In this document: positions 14,861-28,517 of the stretch, piece after piece | Layout of the letters: each line of letters starts with the position of its first letter | Numbering within the stretch: the stretch's first letter is position 1 | NCBI RefSeq assembly: GCF_009914755.1 | Contig: NC_060926.1 | Reading direction: 5' to 3' (one strand) | Source of the DNA: the human T2T-CHM13v2.0 reference genome, Homo sapiens | DNA: 64,000 bases | Translations under genes and position numbers: made by a program | Notes under the pieces: generated by a model | What the model was told of the DNA's origin: nothing | Seen by the model: the letters and a program-made list of their open reading frames with translations, nothing else | Databases searched by the model: none

Positions 14861-16045
14861 AGCATCACCGATTTGGATGAATCAAAGCTCTGGCTTTTAT
14901 TTCAATGGGGGTCACACTCTCCCAACCGACAAGAGTCTATCTTTGTTGGTTTTGGAGAAAGAAGAACTGGCGTGGAAGAGGCGGCCTGGAAACCAAGCCA
15001 GAACAGGAACCCAAACACCAAAGACTCTGAAGCTGGAGTAGAGGCGCTGCGGGCCCCAGCAGAGTGTCCTGCCAGAGTTTGCTGGGATGGAACGCCCATC
15101 CCAACAAAGCTGTGAGCTGGGAAGGCAGAATTGAAAGTCTCAGGCCTGCCTGAGCCGCTCTCCTTAGCTTCATAGAGTTAAGAATGTTCATAAAAAGCTA
15201 CTCAAGACTGTTGTTCTTGAACCTCCATGTTACTTTGGAACTGTGTGGCCATGGTAAACCCAGAGAAGGGAAAGAACGATACTGTTTATAAGAATCTGAT
15301 AATGTCCTTATCTTCCACTTGCAGTGTATATTCCGTCTCTGATCCTCCCATGGAGTGTAGTGAGGAAAAAACAGGATGCCAGGCCCTTGGTGGTCTTGTC
15401 CTCAGAGTACTCTGCCCCCTCCGCAAGGAGAAAAGTTCGTCATTGAGCCGATTTTTTCAGAGGGTCAGAATGGCTCTGGCCTTGTTCTCATTCCTTCACC
15501 CTTTCTAGGGATGTTGTTGTTTTTTCATGAACTGTGTTAGATTCTCAGCATGGATGCTGTTTGCCAAGAAAAATGTCTCTTTTCCACACACACAAAAACA
15601 AAAGGTTGGGGTTTCTGTGCCATGGGGTCCAAAGGTATTTCCACCAGCATTACCCATGAGCATTCCCTTCTGAAGCTGGCGGGGGGCCCTGGCCAGAGAG
15701 GCAGGCATGCCTGGGTATCCAGGAACAAGCTCCGTCTCCTCCCACTGAAGACAACGGTGATGGGGACTGTCAGGCTGGTGATCCCACGAGTAGCAAATGT
15801 GTGGGCGTAGTCACTGACCAAGTGCCCCAGCGAGTGATGGCGGGAGGCGTGGCCTGCTGGGCCACTCTTCCCCACAGCAAAGCAGCTCACCGCAACTCTG
15901 CGTCTTGGGCTCATTCTGGGTTACCCTGTGAGAAGAAGTGTTGTTTCCTTTTACTTCGCCATCTCCTCCTTCCCCTTCCCAGTTAACCTTTCCAACAGTA
16001 GGAAGACTGTGGTCCTCCATGTCCCTCAAGCAGCCCAAGTCTTTG

Positions 16046-16250
16046 CAGGGGTATCCAATCTTTTGGCTTCCCTGGGCCACAATGAAGAAGAAGAATTGTC
16101 TTGGGCTAGACATAAAATATAGTAACACCTACAATAGCTGATGATCTAAAAAAAAAAATCGCAAAAAATCTCATAATGTTTTAAGAAAGTTTACCAATTT
16201 GTGTTAGGCCACATTCAAAGCCATCCTGGGCTGCAGGTTAGACAAGCTTG
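16046..16250 (+). mobile_element. MER30 (hAT-Charlie)
   Basis: 'caggggtatccaatcttttggcttccctgggccac...gacaagcttg' matches the MER30 ends. Confidence 0.85.
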
Positions 16251-17704
16251 CTCTAGAACATAATTTTTCTTCTAATAAACCCAGGAACCCCTCCCTTACT
16301 CCAACTCAGCTTCCTTTCTCCATTTAATGGCAACTTTCTATGCCTCTCTGCAAAGATCTTTCCAATCTTACTACATGTACAATGTTATTTGGCCCTATCC
16401 GAGGGATCGTAGTCAGACGTGGACTCATTAGTGAGAATCTGTTTTAGTCCTGTTAAGCCTTTGGCCATCGATTCTGAGGGGCTTGAGACCAGGCTGCCTG
16501 TAACACTAGGTTCCACTGGCTCTGGCACCCTCTGTTGCTCTTCCTCCTTCGGGCAGCCTCTTCTGCAACGTTTCTGTGGCACAGTCCAGCCTGAATTTCA
16601 AATGTCCTCCCAGGCCCTGTCCACTATTTCCTGAAAGAACACCCATTTCTGGGAGCTTGTGGCCTCTGCTGGTAAAACCAACACTTGACTGATTGCTGGT
16701 ATCCCGAACGAGCTTAGCCATTTACAGATACTGTTTGAGCAGATGGAACGGAGGTGCGAGTCGCTGATTAGACCACGCAAATTCACCAACACCCTCTGTT
16801 GCCCTTTCAGGAAGTAACTCAACATTTAAATAAATAGCCTATTGATGTTGGCTTACCCGCCAACCTCCAGGGACCTTTTTGCTTGGTTTTCTGTATGGAT
16901 TTCTATCAGGAACCTTCAGTCTCAAACCTCCTGCTGCCCTCAATCACAGTGAAGCTGATTTCAAAGACATTTCCACAACTTTATTCTCACACTAGATGCT
17001 ATTCCAGGGTCCATCACAGCCTGTGCTGGGTCTATTTGTGTCCCTTGTATCACGGATCTACAATTTGGCACTCACTGGGAGCGTGTACCCCTGGCTCAGT
17101 TGTAAGGGAGGGGTTGACACTGAGATGTACCTGTGGACTGCCTCCAGTTCAGACTCTCCTGGATAGACTTCAGTATCAGCTGAAGTCACACTGCGCCTTA
17201 TGGTAAAACTTAGTCCAAACACCAATGTGGAAAGTGCAAGGGCTTTTTGAAATTTCTGCAAATCCCGGCGGGCTTAAATTCTCATATTCACTTCTATCTG
17301 AGCTTCTGCTACCACTAAATTAGTTCAATTTATGGCTTGCTTTGTCAGCTCATGGGTACTGTCCCTCCTGGGTGTGAAACTCAGCTTCTTTTCTTGACAC
17401 TCAAGTACTGTGCAAGTTCCTTCAGTGATCCATTCATTCATAAATCATGCATGTTCTCATGGAGCTTATGTTTTACTGAAGGAAGACGTGCAATAAAGCA
17501 GTAAGACAATAAACAAGTAAATATATGGTCTGTCTGATAGTATTGGTGCTACAGAGACTGAGAACATTTCATGAAAATGTCAGCTCCATAAGGGCGGGGA
17601 ATTTGTTCGTTTTGTTGTTTTGTTCATTAACCTATTTTCAACACCTAGAATAGGACTTGGCACATGGTGGTGAATATTTATTAGGTGAATAAAAGGGGAA
17701 AGGG

Positions 17705-18807
17705 AATAATGGTAAATGTTTGACTACAGGCTCTCTGGGTGAAAGTGTGTGGATGTATATGTGTACATTATAAATTGTACATTTTATTTAAACATGTGTT
17801 ATATCACGATTATATATTTTATATTTATTATGAATTTTACTATATAAAGAATTTGTAGCACACAGTTTACAAATAATAACAACATACATGATACTCTTCA
17901 TTCTAAATTCCATATAGCTTACTGATTCTCTGATTTTTGCCAAACTCTTACATCCATACCTATGCTCTGGTTGAAATGGACAAATGAATGTCTTTCCAAC
18001 ATGAATACTAATCGATAATTTTATCTATTTTAAGAGAAGACAAAAATGAAATAATAAAGAGGTATGTCAAAACTACTCCCATTCAGCAATGACATGAATG
18101 GCTTCATTGCTGATGTGGAAAATAGTATTTAAATATCAAAAGGATATTTTCTAATGTTTTGTACTTTCCCTAATGTAATTGCTATAGATATGACACATCT
18201 GCATCATTAACGCTAAATATGGGCAATAAACAAAACAATAAAATTAAGCCCTACTTTGCACTTACAGATTTCCATGGTGTAAATACTCTTACCATGACTG
18301 ATTTCAAACCATCAGCTTGATGCTACTCACCAAGAATTGGGAGAGACACAGTAGCACATCGTTGTATAGTATTTCAGCCATATGGATTAGTGGTGCTCAG
18401 CAGGAGGCAATTTTGTACCCCAGGGGAAATGGGCAATGTCTAGAGACTTTTTTGGTTGTCACTAGACATTGTGTTGGGCGGGATGCTATTTGCATCCAGT
18501 GGGTGGAGGCCAGGGATGCCACTAAACGTCCTACAATGCAGAGGAGACCCCCAAACAAGGAATTATTTGGCCCAAAATAACAACTGTGCCAAGCACATCA
18601 AAAGCATAGGCAATAGTAAAATGTAACAAAATAGGAAGTAATTTTTGAGAATTTACTATCTTTGTTTTTAGTATAATTTAGTTAATTGTGAATTTATATA
18701 ATTCAATTTTTTAAATGCCGTGTTTAATAACCAGTTTTCAAAATTCCTAAAAATTCAGCAATCAGTAGTTCTTACATATCCATATGAGCTAGCTCCAATA
18801 CACCACC
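17705..18807 (-). mobile_element. MER63-like hAT-Blackjack element
   Basis: Ends 'tggtaaatgtttgactacaggctctctg' and 'tatgagctagctccaatacaccac'; AT-rich interior; sits in L2 sequence. Confidence 0.65.
18388..18593 (+). mobile_element. MER20 nested in the MER63-like element
   Basis: 'ggcaatgtctagagactttttggttgtcac...catccagtgggtggaggccagggatgccactaaacgtcctacaatgca'. Confidence 0.85.
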
Positions 18808-18832
18808 AAGATAAGACATAGGGGGAGGTTTC

Positions 18833-18888
18833 AAAAGAAAGCAGCAATTAGTCTGTGTTGCCATATTATTATTTGTTTGGGGACTTAA
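18833..18888 (+). repeat. 56-bp dispersed direct repeat, copy 1 (copy 2 at 21062-21117)
   Basis: aaaagaaagcagcaattagtctgtgttgccatattattatttgtttggggacttaa; 53/56 identical to copy 2. Confidence 0.95.
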
Positions 18889-18934
18889 TTATTTTATATA
18901 ACGTGGTCAGGGAAGGTTTTATTTAGAAAGTGAC

Positions 18935-19229
18935 TTTTCTTTTCTTTTTGAATCAGGGTCTCACTCTGTTGCCCAGGCTGGAGTGCAGGGTATGACCTCG
19001 GCTCACTGCAGCCTCCACCTCCTGGGTTCAGGCCATCCTCCCACCTTAGCCTCCTGAGTAGCTGGGACTGCAGGCTGTGCCACCATGCCTGGCTAATTTT
19101 TGTATCTTTAGTGGAGACAGGGTTTCGCCATGTTGGCCAGGCTGGTCTCAAACTCCTGGGCTCGAGCAATCTGCCTGCCTCAGCCTCCCAAAATGCTGGG
19201 ATTACAGGGTTGAGCCACTGCGCCTGGCT
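18935..19229 (-). mobile_element. AluJ inserted in L2
   Basis: Antisense dimer; TSD TTAGAAAGTGACTTTT on both sides. Confidence 0.95.
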
Positions 19230-20431
19230 TAGAAAGTGACTTTTGAACTTAAACCTGAAACAAGTGAGGGGTGAGCTCTGTGGCCATCCAGACAGGTGGA
19301 ATGGCATCTTCAAATGCCTGCAAACCTGAAGTTTGCTTGCCACGTGTCAGGAACAGACAGGAGGTCAGTGTGGCTGGATATGAGTGGGAGAAAATGGGCT
19401 CAGATGGGTTTAAGCAGAGAAGAATCATGGACCAGTGAATAGGACAGAAATTCCCTGAAGGTGTTAGGTGATGGGGTAGTTATACAACAGCTTGACATAG
19501 AATATTAGGTACCTCTGTTCTTAAAAGACCTATTGGCCACTCTGCCAAGTAGGTTTATCACAGGCTGCAGCATTGCACAGAGTGTAGAGGCAGGCACCTT
19601 TGTGTTGACTGTTCTTCCCCTCTTTCCTTCCACTTCTTTCACCACTATTGCCTTTTTCCCAAGGACTCTTCCTCTTTCATCACCCAGAGGACTTCAGCTC
19701 TAATTCTACCAGCAAACTCAACTCCAGATCCATTGCAAGGCTCAGTGAAACAAAAGTGGCTTCTCCAGAGGGGCCTGCAGAACTAAACAGCCATAATGAG
19801 CATCCACTTTCAAGGATGCTCACAGTAGAGATTCCACACAGTGGAGATTTACATCACTTTCCCCCTCTCTTATATTAATATACAAGTCATTTACCAAAAA
19901 TTCCACTGGCAGTCCTCAAAGAATCAAATTATATCCCCACTACTAAAAAGAGGCATAATACCAATGCATTCATTTTGCCACCTTCCTTATGAGAGGTAGC
20001 ACTTTGTTGAGTGCTTGCTCTGTGCTAAGTGGTAAGTGCCCACATGCACAGGGTGACCATCATCTTGGGCATATGATATCATCAACGGCGTCTTCAAGCT
20101 GCAAAAAGGAACACTGCCTGTTTCTGGTCATTATAGACACCCTGTATTATTTCTCTTATTCTTCACAAAACCTTTTGATAAGAATATCATCCGATGTTAC
20201 GGATATGGAACTGAGGCTTAAACAGTGAAATGACTGGTGCAAGGTCACACCACTCTAAGGGTAGAGCTAGGATTCAGAACCATGTCTATCTGATTCCAAA
20301 GACAGCTCTTACCTGTTCTCAACTCCCAGGCCACTCCAAGCTACAACCCCATTGGATCCTATACCAACTGTTCCAGAACCTCCCACCCTCAAAAGGTGCA
20401 CATGCCTTGCAGTTAAAAATAAGGAAAATAT

Positions 20432-20755
<324 letters not shown>

Positions 20756-20789
20756 TCAGATAGTTCTTCATCAAATGTTATAGAGGTAA

Positions 20790-21052
<263 letters not shown>

Positions 21053-21061
21053 TAATTTTTA

Positions 21062-21117
21062 AAAAGAAAGCAGCAATTAGTCTGTGTTGTCATATTATCA
21101 TTTGTTTGGAGACTTAA
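21062..21117 (+). repeat. 56-bp dispersed direct repeat, copy 2
   Basis: aaaagaaagcagcaattagtctgtgttgtcatattatcatttgtttggagacttaa. Confidence 0.95.
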
Positions 21118-22245
21118 AAATTCTCTTTTAAGGGGAGTTGCCTGTGAGGCCTCATCATCAATCCTTCATTTCAGGATTTTTCCACATGTTTTTTTTTCCC
21201 ATTAGTGACTCTTGATCTCCTTTTTTTGTAAGAGCTGCCAAGAATTGTCTTTCCCTCAGTGGGAGGGATGCATGAGCGTCTTGAAGGTTTCTCTGTCTCG
21301 CCCGGAGAGTTAAATATGAAATTTAGACACAGCACATTTGGGAGACAAGAAAGAGTCACAGAAAAAAAAAAAATCCCTTCAAGCGAGTCTTCCGATGCAC
21401 CAAACACTGTCCCTGTCATGCTCCAGTGTCTTGCTCACTCCAGAAATATCAGTCATCCTGCTGTTTTCCCAGAGTGGTGACATTTTTCTTTAGCTGAGCC
21501 ATAAAGCCTGAAGTTGGAAAGGAGATTCGTGGGAGAGTAGACGCCACTGAGCAAACACCAGCTGGGGACAGCAGGATCCTGAAACGAGCTTGCTGCAGTT
21601 CCTGAGGTCATGAAAGCAGGCTGAATAATATCACATTTCCAATCGACATGGCTTTCCCTTCCTTTTCTGGGAAAACATAAATTGTAGGATTTTGTAAGAA
21701 CATGTGGTAGGCAATAAAAAAATCAAGGGAAAGAGGAAAAAATTAGATATATTAACAAATTAGAGAGGAAATAAGTAAAACAAACCAAAAAATACATAAA
21801 CTTTCCAGGGAGAATTTTGACAAAGCACACAAAATTCCTCAAAGATATGTATAATTTTGACCCAGGATATCAATTTCTAGGAATTCCTTTTAAGGAAGTA
21901 ATTAGGGAAGTTTATAAATATTTAGCTTCAGGAATGTTTATCCTAACATTCTTTTTAATGGTAGAAAAAAAGGAATTAATATAAATATAGAATAATAAGA
22001 AATTGTCTTAGAAAGTTCTGGTCTGTTCAAATGGTAGAATACTATACAGCCATTTAAAATAGTACTGTGAAAATCATTTTTATGTCAAGATAAATTCTTT
22101 AAATATTTTAAAGTAAAACACTGAAATTAAAAAATTTAATGGATGAAATTCTGGTTCTGGCCAAGATGGAGTAACAGCAAACAGATTTATCCTTATGTCA
22201 GAAATGACCAAAAAAATGGGCAAAATGTGTAAAAAATAATTTTCA

Positions 22246-22381
22246 GGCCAGGTGCAGTGGTTTACACCTGTAATCCCAGCTACTCAGGAGGCTGAGGCAG
22301 GAGAATCACTTGAACCACTTGCAGTGAGCTGAGATCGTGCCATTGCACTCCAGCCTAGGTGACAGAGCGAGACTCCATCTC

Positions 22382-22412
<31 letters not shown>
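22246..22412 (+). mobile_element. Monomeric Alu (left-arm start joined to right-arm end, or FRAM-like) with (AAT)n tail
   Basis: 'ggccaggtgcagtgg...cctgtaatcccagctactcaggaggctgaggcaggagaatc'; TSD aataatttt. Confidence 0.9.
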
Positions 22413-22414
<2 letters not shown>

Positions 22415-23639
22415 TTTTACGATGCTATGTGTACATCTGTCAACAAAGGATAGTGATCTCCCAGAAATGGAAAATAAATGAGGTGAGCCCTGCTACCTTC
22501 CTAGCTTACTGCTTTGAGAGTTTCTGGACTGCAGTGCAAGGAGGAGAAACCCAGGCAGAAAGTACTTTCTCTTCCACCTCTGGAACTCATAGAATCAACT
22601 GGTCTCTGCCTGGGTTTGCAGAACAGAGCATCTGAAAAGAGAGAGCTGTACAGAGAGAAAACTGGAAATAGGCAGAGGGTCATTTTTGAGTATTCAGCTG
22701 AGTACTGATCAGTGCATGCATATGAGAAAATTAGCTGAGGCCACTCACAAGAATGAGAGAACACTGCCTGACACACAAATAGGGCCAGGCATAGTGCCAG
22801 TTGCCCTCTCCTGTACCCAGACTGACTGGAAAATTTCAAGATACATTGGGGCTTGGGTAGGGTATACAGAGAGTCTTCCTTCACTAATGGAAAATAATTA
22901 GCAACACTAACAATCTAACAATAATTAGATCGAGCACTGCTTCAATCCTGCCTGGTAAATCTTAAAAGAGGGTTTAAAAAGATTAAATTCTTTGAAAGTA
23001 AGTTAACTGTGTCAAAAACAAAGCTCAATAATACTTATAGAAATACAAAAATGTCCAGCACACAGCAAGTAATGTTCAGAATGGCTGACATCTAATCACA
23101 ATTACCAGACATGCAAAGAAGAGGTGAAATGCAATCCATAATGAGGAGAAAAACCATGACACAGATGTTAGAATTGGCAGGACAAGGATGCTAAAGGAGT
23201 TGTTGTAATTGTGATTTGTATTTTTAAAAGTTATGTAAAGACACGGAAATATTTTTTAAGAAGGCCCCAGTCAAACTTTGGGGGATTAAATATACAATAT
23301 CTAAGATTAAAAAAACACTGAATGGGATTAATGGTAGATTTCACATGAAGAATAAAGGATTAGTAAATTTGAAGACATAGAAATAAAAATTGTCAAAAAT
23401 AAAACCTGGAGTAAAAAGATAATTTAAAAAATATGAACAGAGATTTGGTGTGCTGTGGGACAACTTTAAGAAGCCTAGTATATATATGAAGAGTTCCTAA
23501 AAGAAGAGACAAAGATGGGTAAAGAAAAGAATATTTGAATAAATAATGGCCAAAAAGTTTTCAAATTTGATGAAAACTATAATTATGTAGATTCAAGAAA
23601 CTCAACAAACCCCAAGCACTCAAAGAAACAAGAAGGAGG

Positions 23640-23955
<316 letters not shown>

Positions 23956-25202
23956 CTACACCAAGGCACATTATAATCAACTTGTTCAAAACCAGTGATA
24001 GAAAGAAAATCTCAAAGGAAGCCAGAAAAAAAATAAATAAATAAACAGACATGCTACAGAAGAACAGATAAGGATGACAGCAGGCTCCCTGCAGAAGGAA
24101 TGCAAGCAAGAAGACAGGGTAGTAGCATCTTTAAGTACGGAAAGAAAAAAAATTGTCAATTTAGATTCTATGTGCAGTGATAATATCTTTCAAAAATGAA
24201 GACAAAATAAGATATTTTCAAGCATACAAAATCTGAAAGAATTTATTACTAGCAGACTTGTAGTACAAAAAATATTTTTAAGTCTTTCAGGCGAAGGGAA
24301 AATGATTATATGTGGAAATATGAATCTATACAAAGCAATGAAAAGCATAAAAAATGGTAAGTAGAATATACAAGGTATTTTTTCTTATTATTTAAATCTC
24401 TACAAAGCAACTTTAAAAGATCCTTGACTGTTCATTTTTAAAAAACAACCAAAGAGTTATACCTAATAAACTAACAAATGTGATAAAATGTAATCATAAA
24501 AAAATCAATCAATACACAAGAGGACAGAAAAAGAGAAAAAGGATAACAAAGAACACATGGAACAATACAGAAAACAGAAAAATAGAGAAGAAATAGCAAG
24601 GTGATCGATTTAAAATGAAACATATCATCAACCAAATTAAATACAGTGGTCTCAATTCTATAATTAAAAGGAATAGACTATCTGGATATATTTTTAAAAG
24701 CAAGACTCAACTATATGCTGTCTACAGAAAATGCATTTAAAATATTAAAACACATGTATTAAAAGCTAAAGAATGGGAAAAGATATACCATGTTAATGCC
24801 ATTCAAATGAAAGCTGAAGTGGCTATATTCAATATCAGACAATGAAGATTTTGGAGCAAAGAATATTACCAGAGATTTAAAAAGGCATTTTATCATGATA
24901 AAGGGTTTGTTAAAAAGACTTAAGAATTCTAAATGTTTATGCCCATAATCACGTATCTGTAAAATACATGGGAACAAAAATGGAAAGAACTTCTAGGAGA
25001 AATAGAAAAATCTGCATTTATAGTCAAAGATTTCAACTGCCTTCTCTCAACAATTGATAAGTAGACAAGAAAGTAAGGGTATAGAATGTTTGAGCAACAC
25101 TATCAACCAATGAGACCTAATTGACATTAGAGAACACTCCACCCAACAGCAGCAGAATATGCACTCTTTTCGAGTACTTACAGAACAGTTCTAAAGATAG
25201 AC

Positions 25203-25566
25203 TGTCTTTGTTCATTCAGGCTGCCGTAAGAAAATGCTGTAAACTGGGTGGTTTATGAACAACATAAATTTATTTCTCACAGTTCTGGAGGCTGGGAAGT
25301 CCAAAATCAAGATGTTGACATACTCAGTGTCTGGTGACAGCCCACTTCTTGGTACACAGACAGCACTTTCGCACTGTGTTCTTACATGGTGGAAGATGCA
25401 AGGGCTTCTCTGGGATCTCTTTTATAAGGGCATTAATCCCATTCATAAGGGCTCTGCCATCATGACCTAATCATCTCCCAAAGGCCTTATCTTGTAATAT
25501 CATCACCCTAGGGTAAGAATTTCACTGTAACAATTTGAGGAGGACATAAATATTTAGACTATAGCA
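25203..25566 (-). mobile_element. MaLR solo LTR (MLT1A/MSTD-like) inserted in L1 ORF2
   Basis: tg...'tttatttctcacagttctggaggctgggaagtccaa'...'actatagca'; TSD tagac/cagac. Confidence 0.9.
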
Positions 25567-26254
25567 CAGACCATATTCTGGGCCATAAGACAAGTCTTAC
25601 TAAAGTTAAAGGGATACAAGTTATACATGTTTTGTTTTCTAACTACAGTGGAATTAAATTCAATAACAAAAAGATTTCTGGAAAATCTCTAAATATTCAG
25701 AAATTAATAGCACACTTCTAAATAATCTATGGGGCAAATAAGCAATCAAAAATGAAATTACAAAATATTTTGGACCAAATGAAAATGAAAACACAATGTC
25801 ATAGAATCTGTAGGATGCTGCTGAGGCAGTACTTGGAGGGAACTTGTAGAAATGCCTGTTTTAGAAAAGAAAAAAGATCTCAAATCAATGTCTTCAGCTT
25901 CCAGCTTAAGAAACTATACAAAGAAAAGCAAATTTATAAGAGGAAGAAAGAAAATAATGAAGATTAGAGCAGGAAATAAAAGACATAGAAAACAAAACAC
26001 AAAAGGAAAAAGCAATAAAACAAAAAGCTGGATGTTTGAAAAAAATCAGTGAAATTTATAACCTCCAGTCAGACTGATCAGGAAAAAGAAAGTGATTATA
26101 CAAATTATCAAAATCAGAAATGAGAGTAGTGAATTCATGACATATCCTGTTACAAGGACAATAAGGGAATATTATGAACAACTTCATGCCAAAAAATTCA
26201 ACAACCGAGAAGAAATGGGCAAATTCCTTAGAAGACATGAACAACCAAAGTTAA

Positions 26255-26692
<438 letters not shown>

Positions 26693-27025
26693 TGAAAAGA
26701 AGATAAGACTTCCAAACACATCGTATGAAACCAGACTTACCCTGATACCAAAATCAAAGACATTGCAAGAAAACTATGGACAAACAGACCTCATGAATAC
26801 AGATACAAAAAGTATAAACAAAGCAAGTCAAATTCAGTAATATATAAATGTGCTAAGATAGCATGACTCAGGCATAAAAATCAGTCAAAATAATTCACAA
26901 TATTAACAAACTATAAAAAGAAAATTCTTAAGATTACCTAAAAAATGCAGACAAAGCATTGAATGAAATCTAATACTCACCCCTGAAAAAAAACTCTCAA
27001 CAAACTAGGAATAAAATTGAACTTC

Positions 27026-27575
27026 CAACAGATGAATGGATAAAGAAAATGTAGTATATATATACAATGAAATACTATTCTGTCATAAAAAAGAATGAAT
27101 TCCTGCCATTGACAGCAACATGGATGAAACTGGAGGACATTATGTTAAGTGAAATAAGTCAGGAACAGAAAGTTAAACACTGCATGTTCTCACTCATATG
27201 TGGAACTTTTTTAAAAAAGTTAATCTCATGTAAGTAAAAAGTAGAACAGAAGATAGTAGAGGCTTGGAAGAGTAGGAGAAAGGAAGAGATTGGGAGAGAT
27301 TTGTTAAAGGATATAAAAGTACAGCTAGATAGGAGGGATACATTCTAGTGTTCTGTATCACTGGAGGATGACTATAGTTAACAATAATATATAGATTCAA
27401 ATAGATAGGAGGAGGATATTGAATGTTCCCAATACAAAGAAAGGATAAATGTTGAGATAATGGATATGATTACCCTGATCTGATAACTCTACATTATATA
27501 TATATATATATCAAAATGTCACTATGTATCCCATGAATATGTACAATTATTATTTGTCCATTTAAAAGATTTTTT
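27026..27575 (+). mobile_element. Younger L1 (L1MA-like) 3' end nested in the older L1
   Basis: 'caacagatgaatggataaagaaaatgt...gcatgttctcactcatatgtgg'; TSD aaattgaacttc/aaagtgagcttc. Confidence 0.88.
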
Positions 27576-28453
27576 AAAGTGAGCTTCTGCAACTTGATAA
27601 AGCACATCTATATGGAACCTACAACTAACAGTAAAAGACTGAATGCTTTCCTCCTGATATCAGAAACAAGACAAGGATATCCACCCTCAATGTTGGTATT
27701 TAACAGTGCACTGGAGATTCTAGGCAGGGGAGTAAGCCAAGAAAAAGAAACAAAAGATATCCAAATTAGAAAGATAGAAGTGAAGTTGTCTTTGCAGACA
27801 ATGTGACTCTCTATATGGACTACAAATAAATCTCCAAGAAAGCTGCTAGAAGTAATAATAATGGTTGCAGGATACAAGATCGATATACAAAAATCAGTAC
27901 TTCTATATACCAACAAAGAACAATTGAAAATTGAAAATTTTAAGCATACCATTTAGAATAATGTAAAAGTAAATCTGACAAAAAATTCGAAAGACCTGTG
28001 CACTAAAAACTGCAAAATACTGCTGATAGAAATTAAAGAAGACCTAAATAAATGGAGATAAAGACCACATTCGTGGGTCAGGAGACTCAATATTATTAAG
28101 ATGTTGATTCCTTTCAAATTTATACAAAGAATCAAAATTACCCCAGTCAAAATCCCAGCAGCGTTTTTAATAGAAGTTGACAAGCTGATTTATCAAATGT
28201 ATGTGTAATGGAAACACAAAAAACCTGAATAACCAAAATAACTCCGAAAAAGAGCTAAGTTGGAGTATTGCCTAATTTCAAAATGTGTTATAAAGATAGT
28301 GTGGTATTCGTGTAAAGATAGACAAGTAGATCAATATAACAGAATAGATTCCAATAACAGACTCACATATAAGGACAACTGACTTTCGACAAAAATGTAG
28401 AGAAGGGATAATATTTTCAACAAATGATGCTGGACCAATTGAGTATCCATAAT

Positions 28454-28517
28454 GAAGAAGAAGAAGGAGGAGGAGGCGGAGGAGGAAGAGGAGAAGGAGG
28501 AGGAGGCAGGAGGAGAA
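28454..28517 (+). repeat. (GAA)/(GGA) polypurine repeat inside L1
   Basis: gaagaagaagaaggaggaggaggcggaggagg... read directly. Confidence 0.9.

Noticed and set aside
14723-17261. Cluster of 65-130 aa ORFs in moderately GC-rich unique sequence
   Set aside because: They overlap on both strands, show no recognisable domain and have no consistent exon structure; this is compatible with chance.
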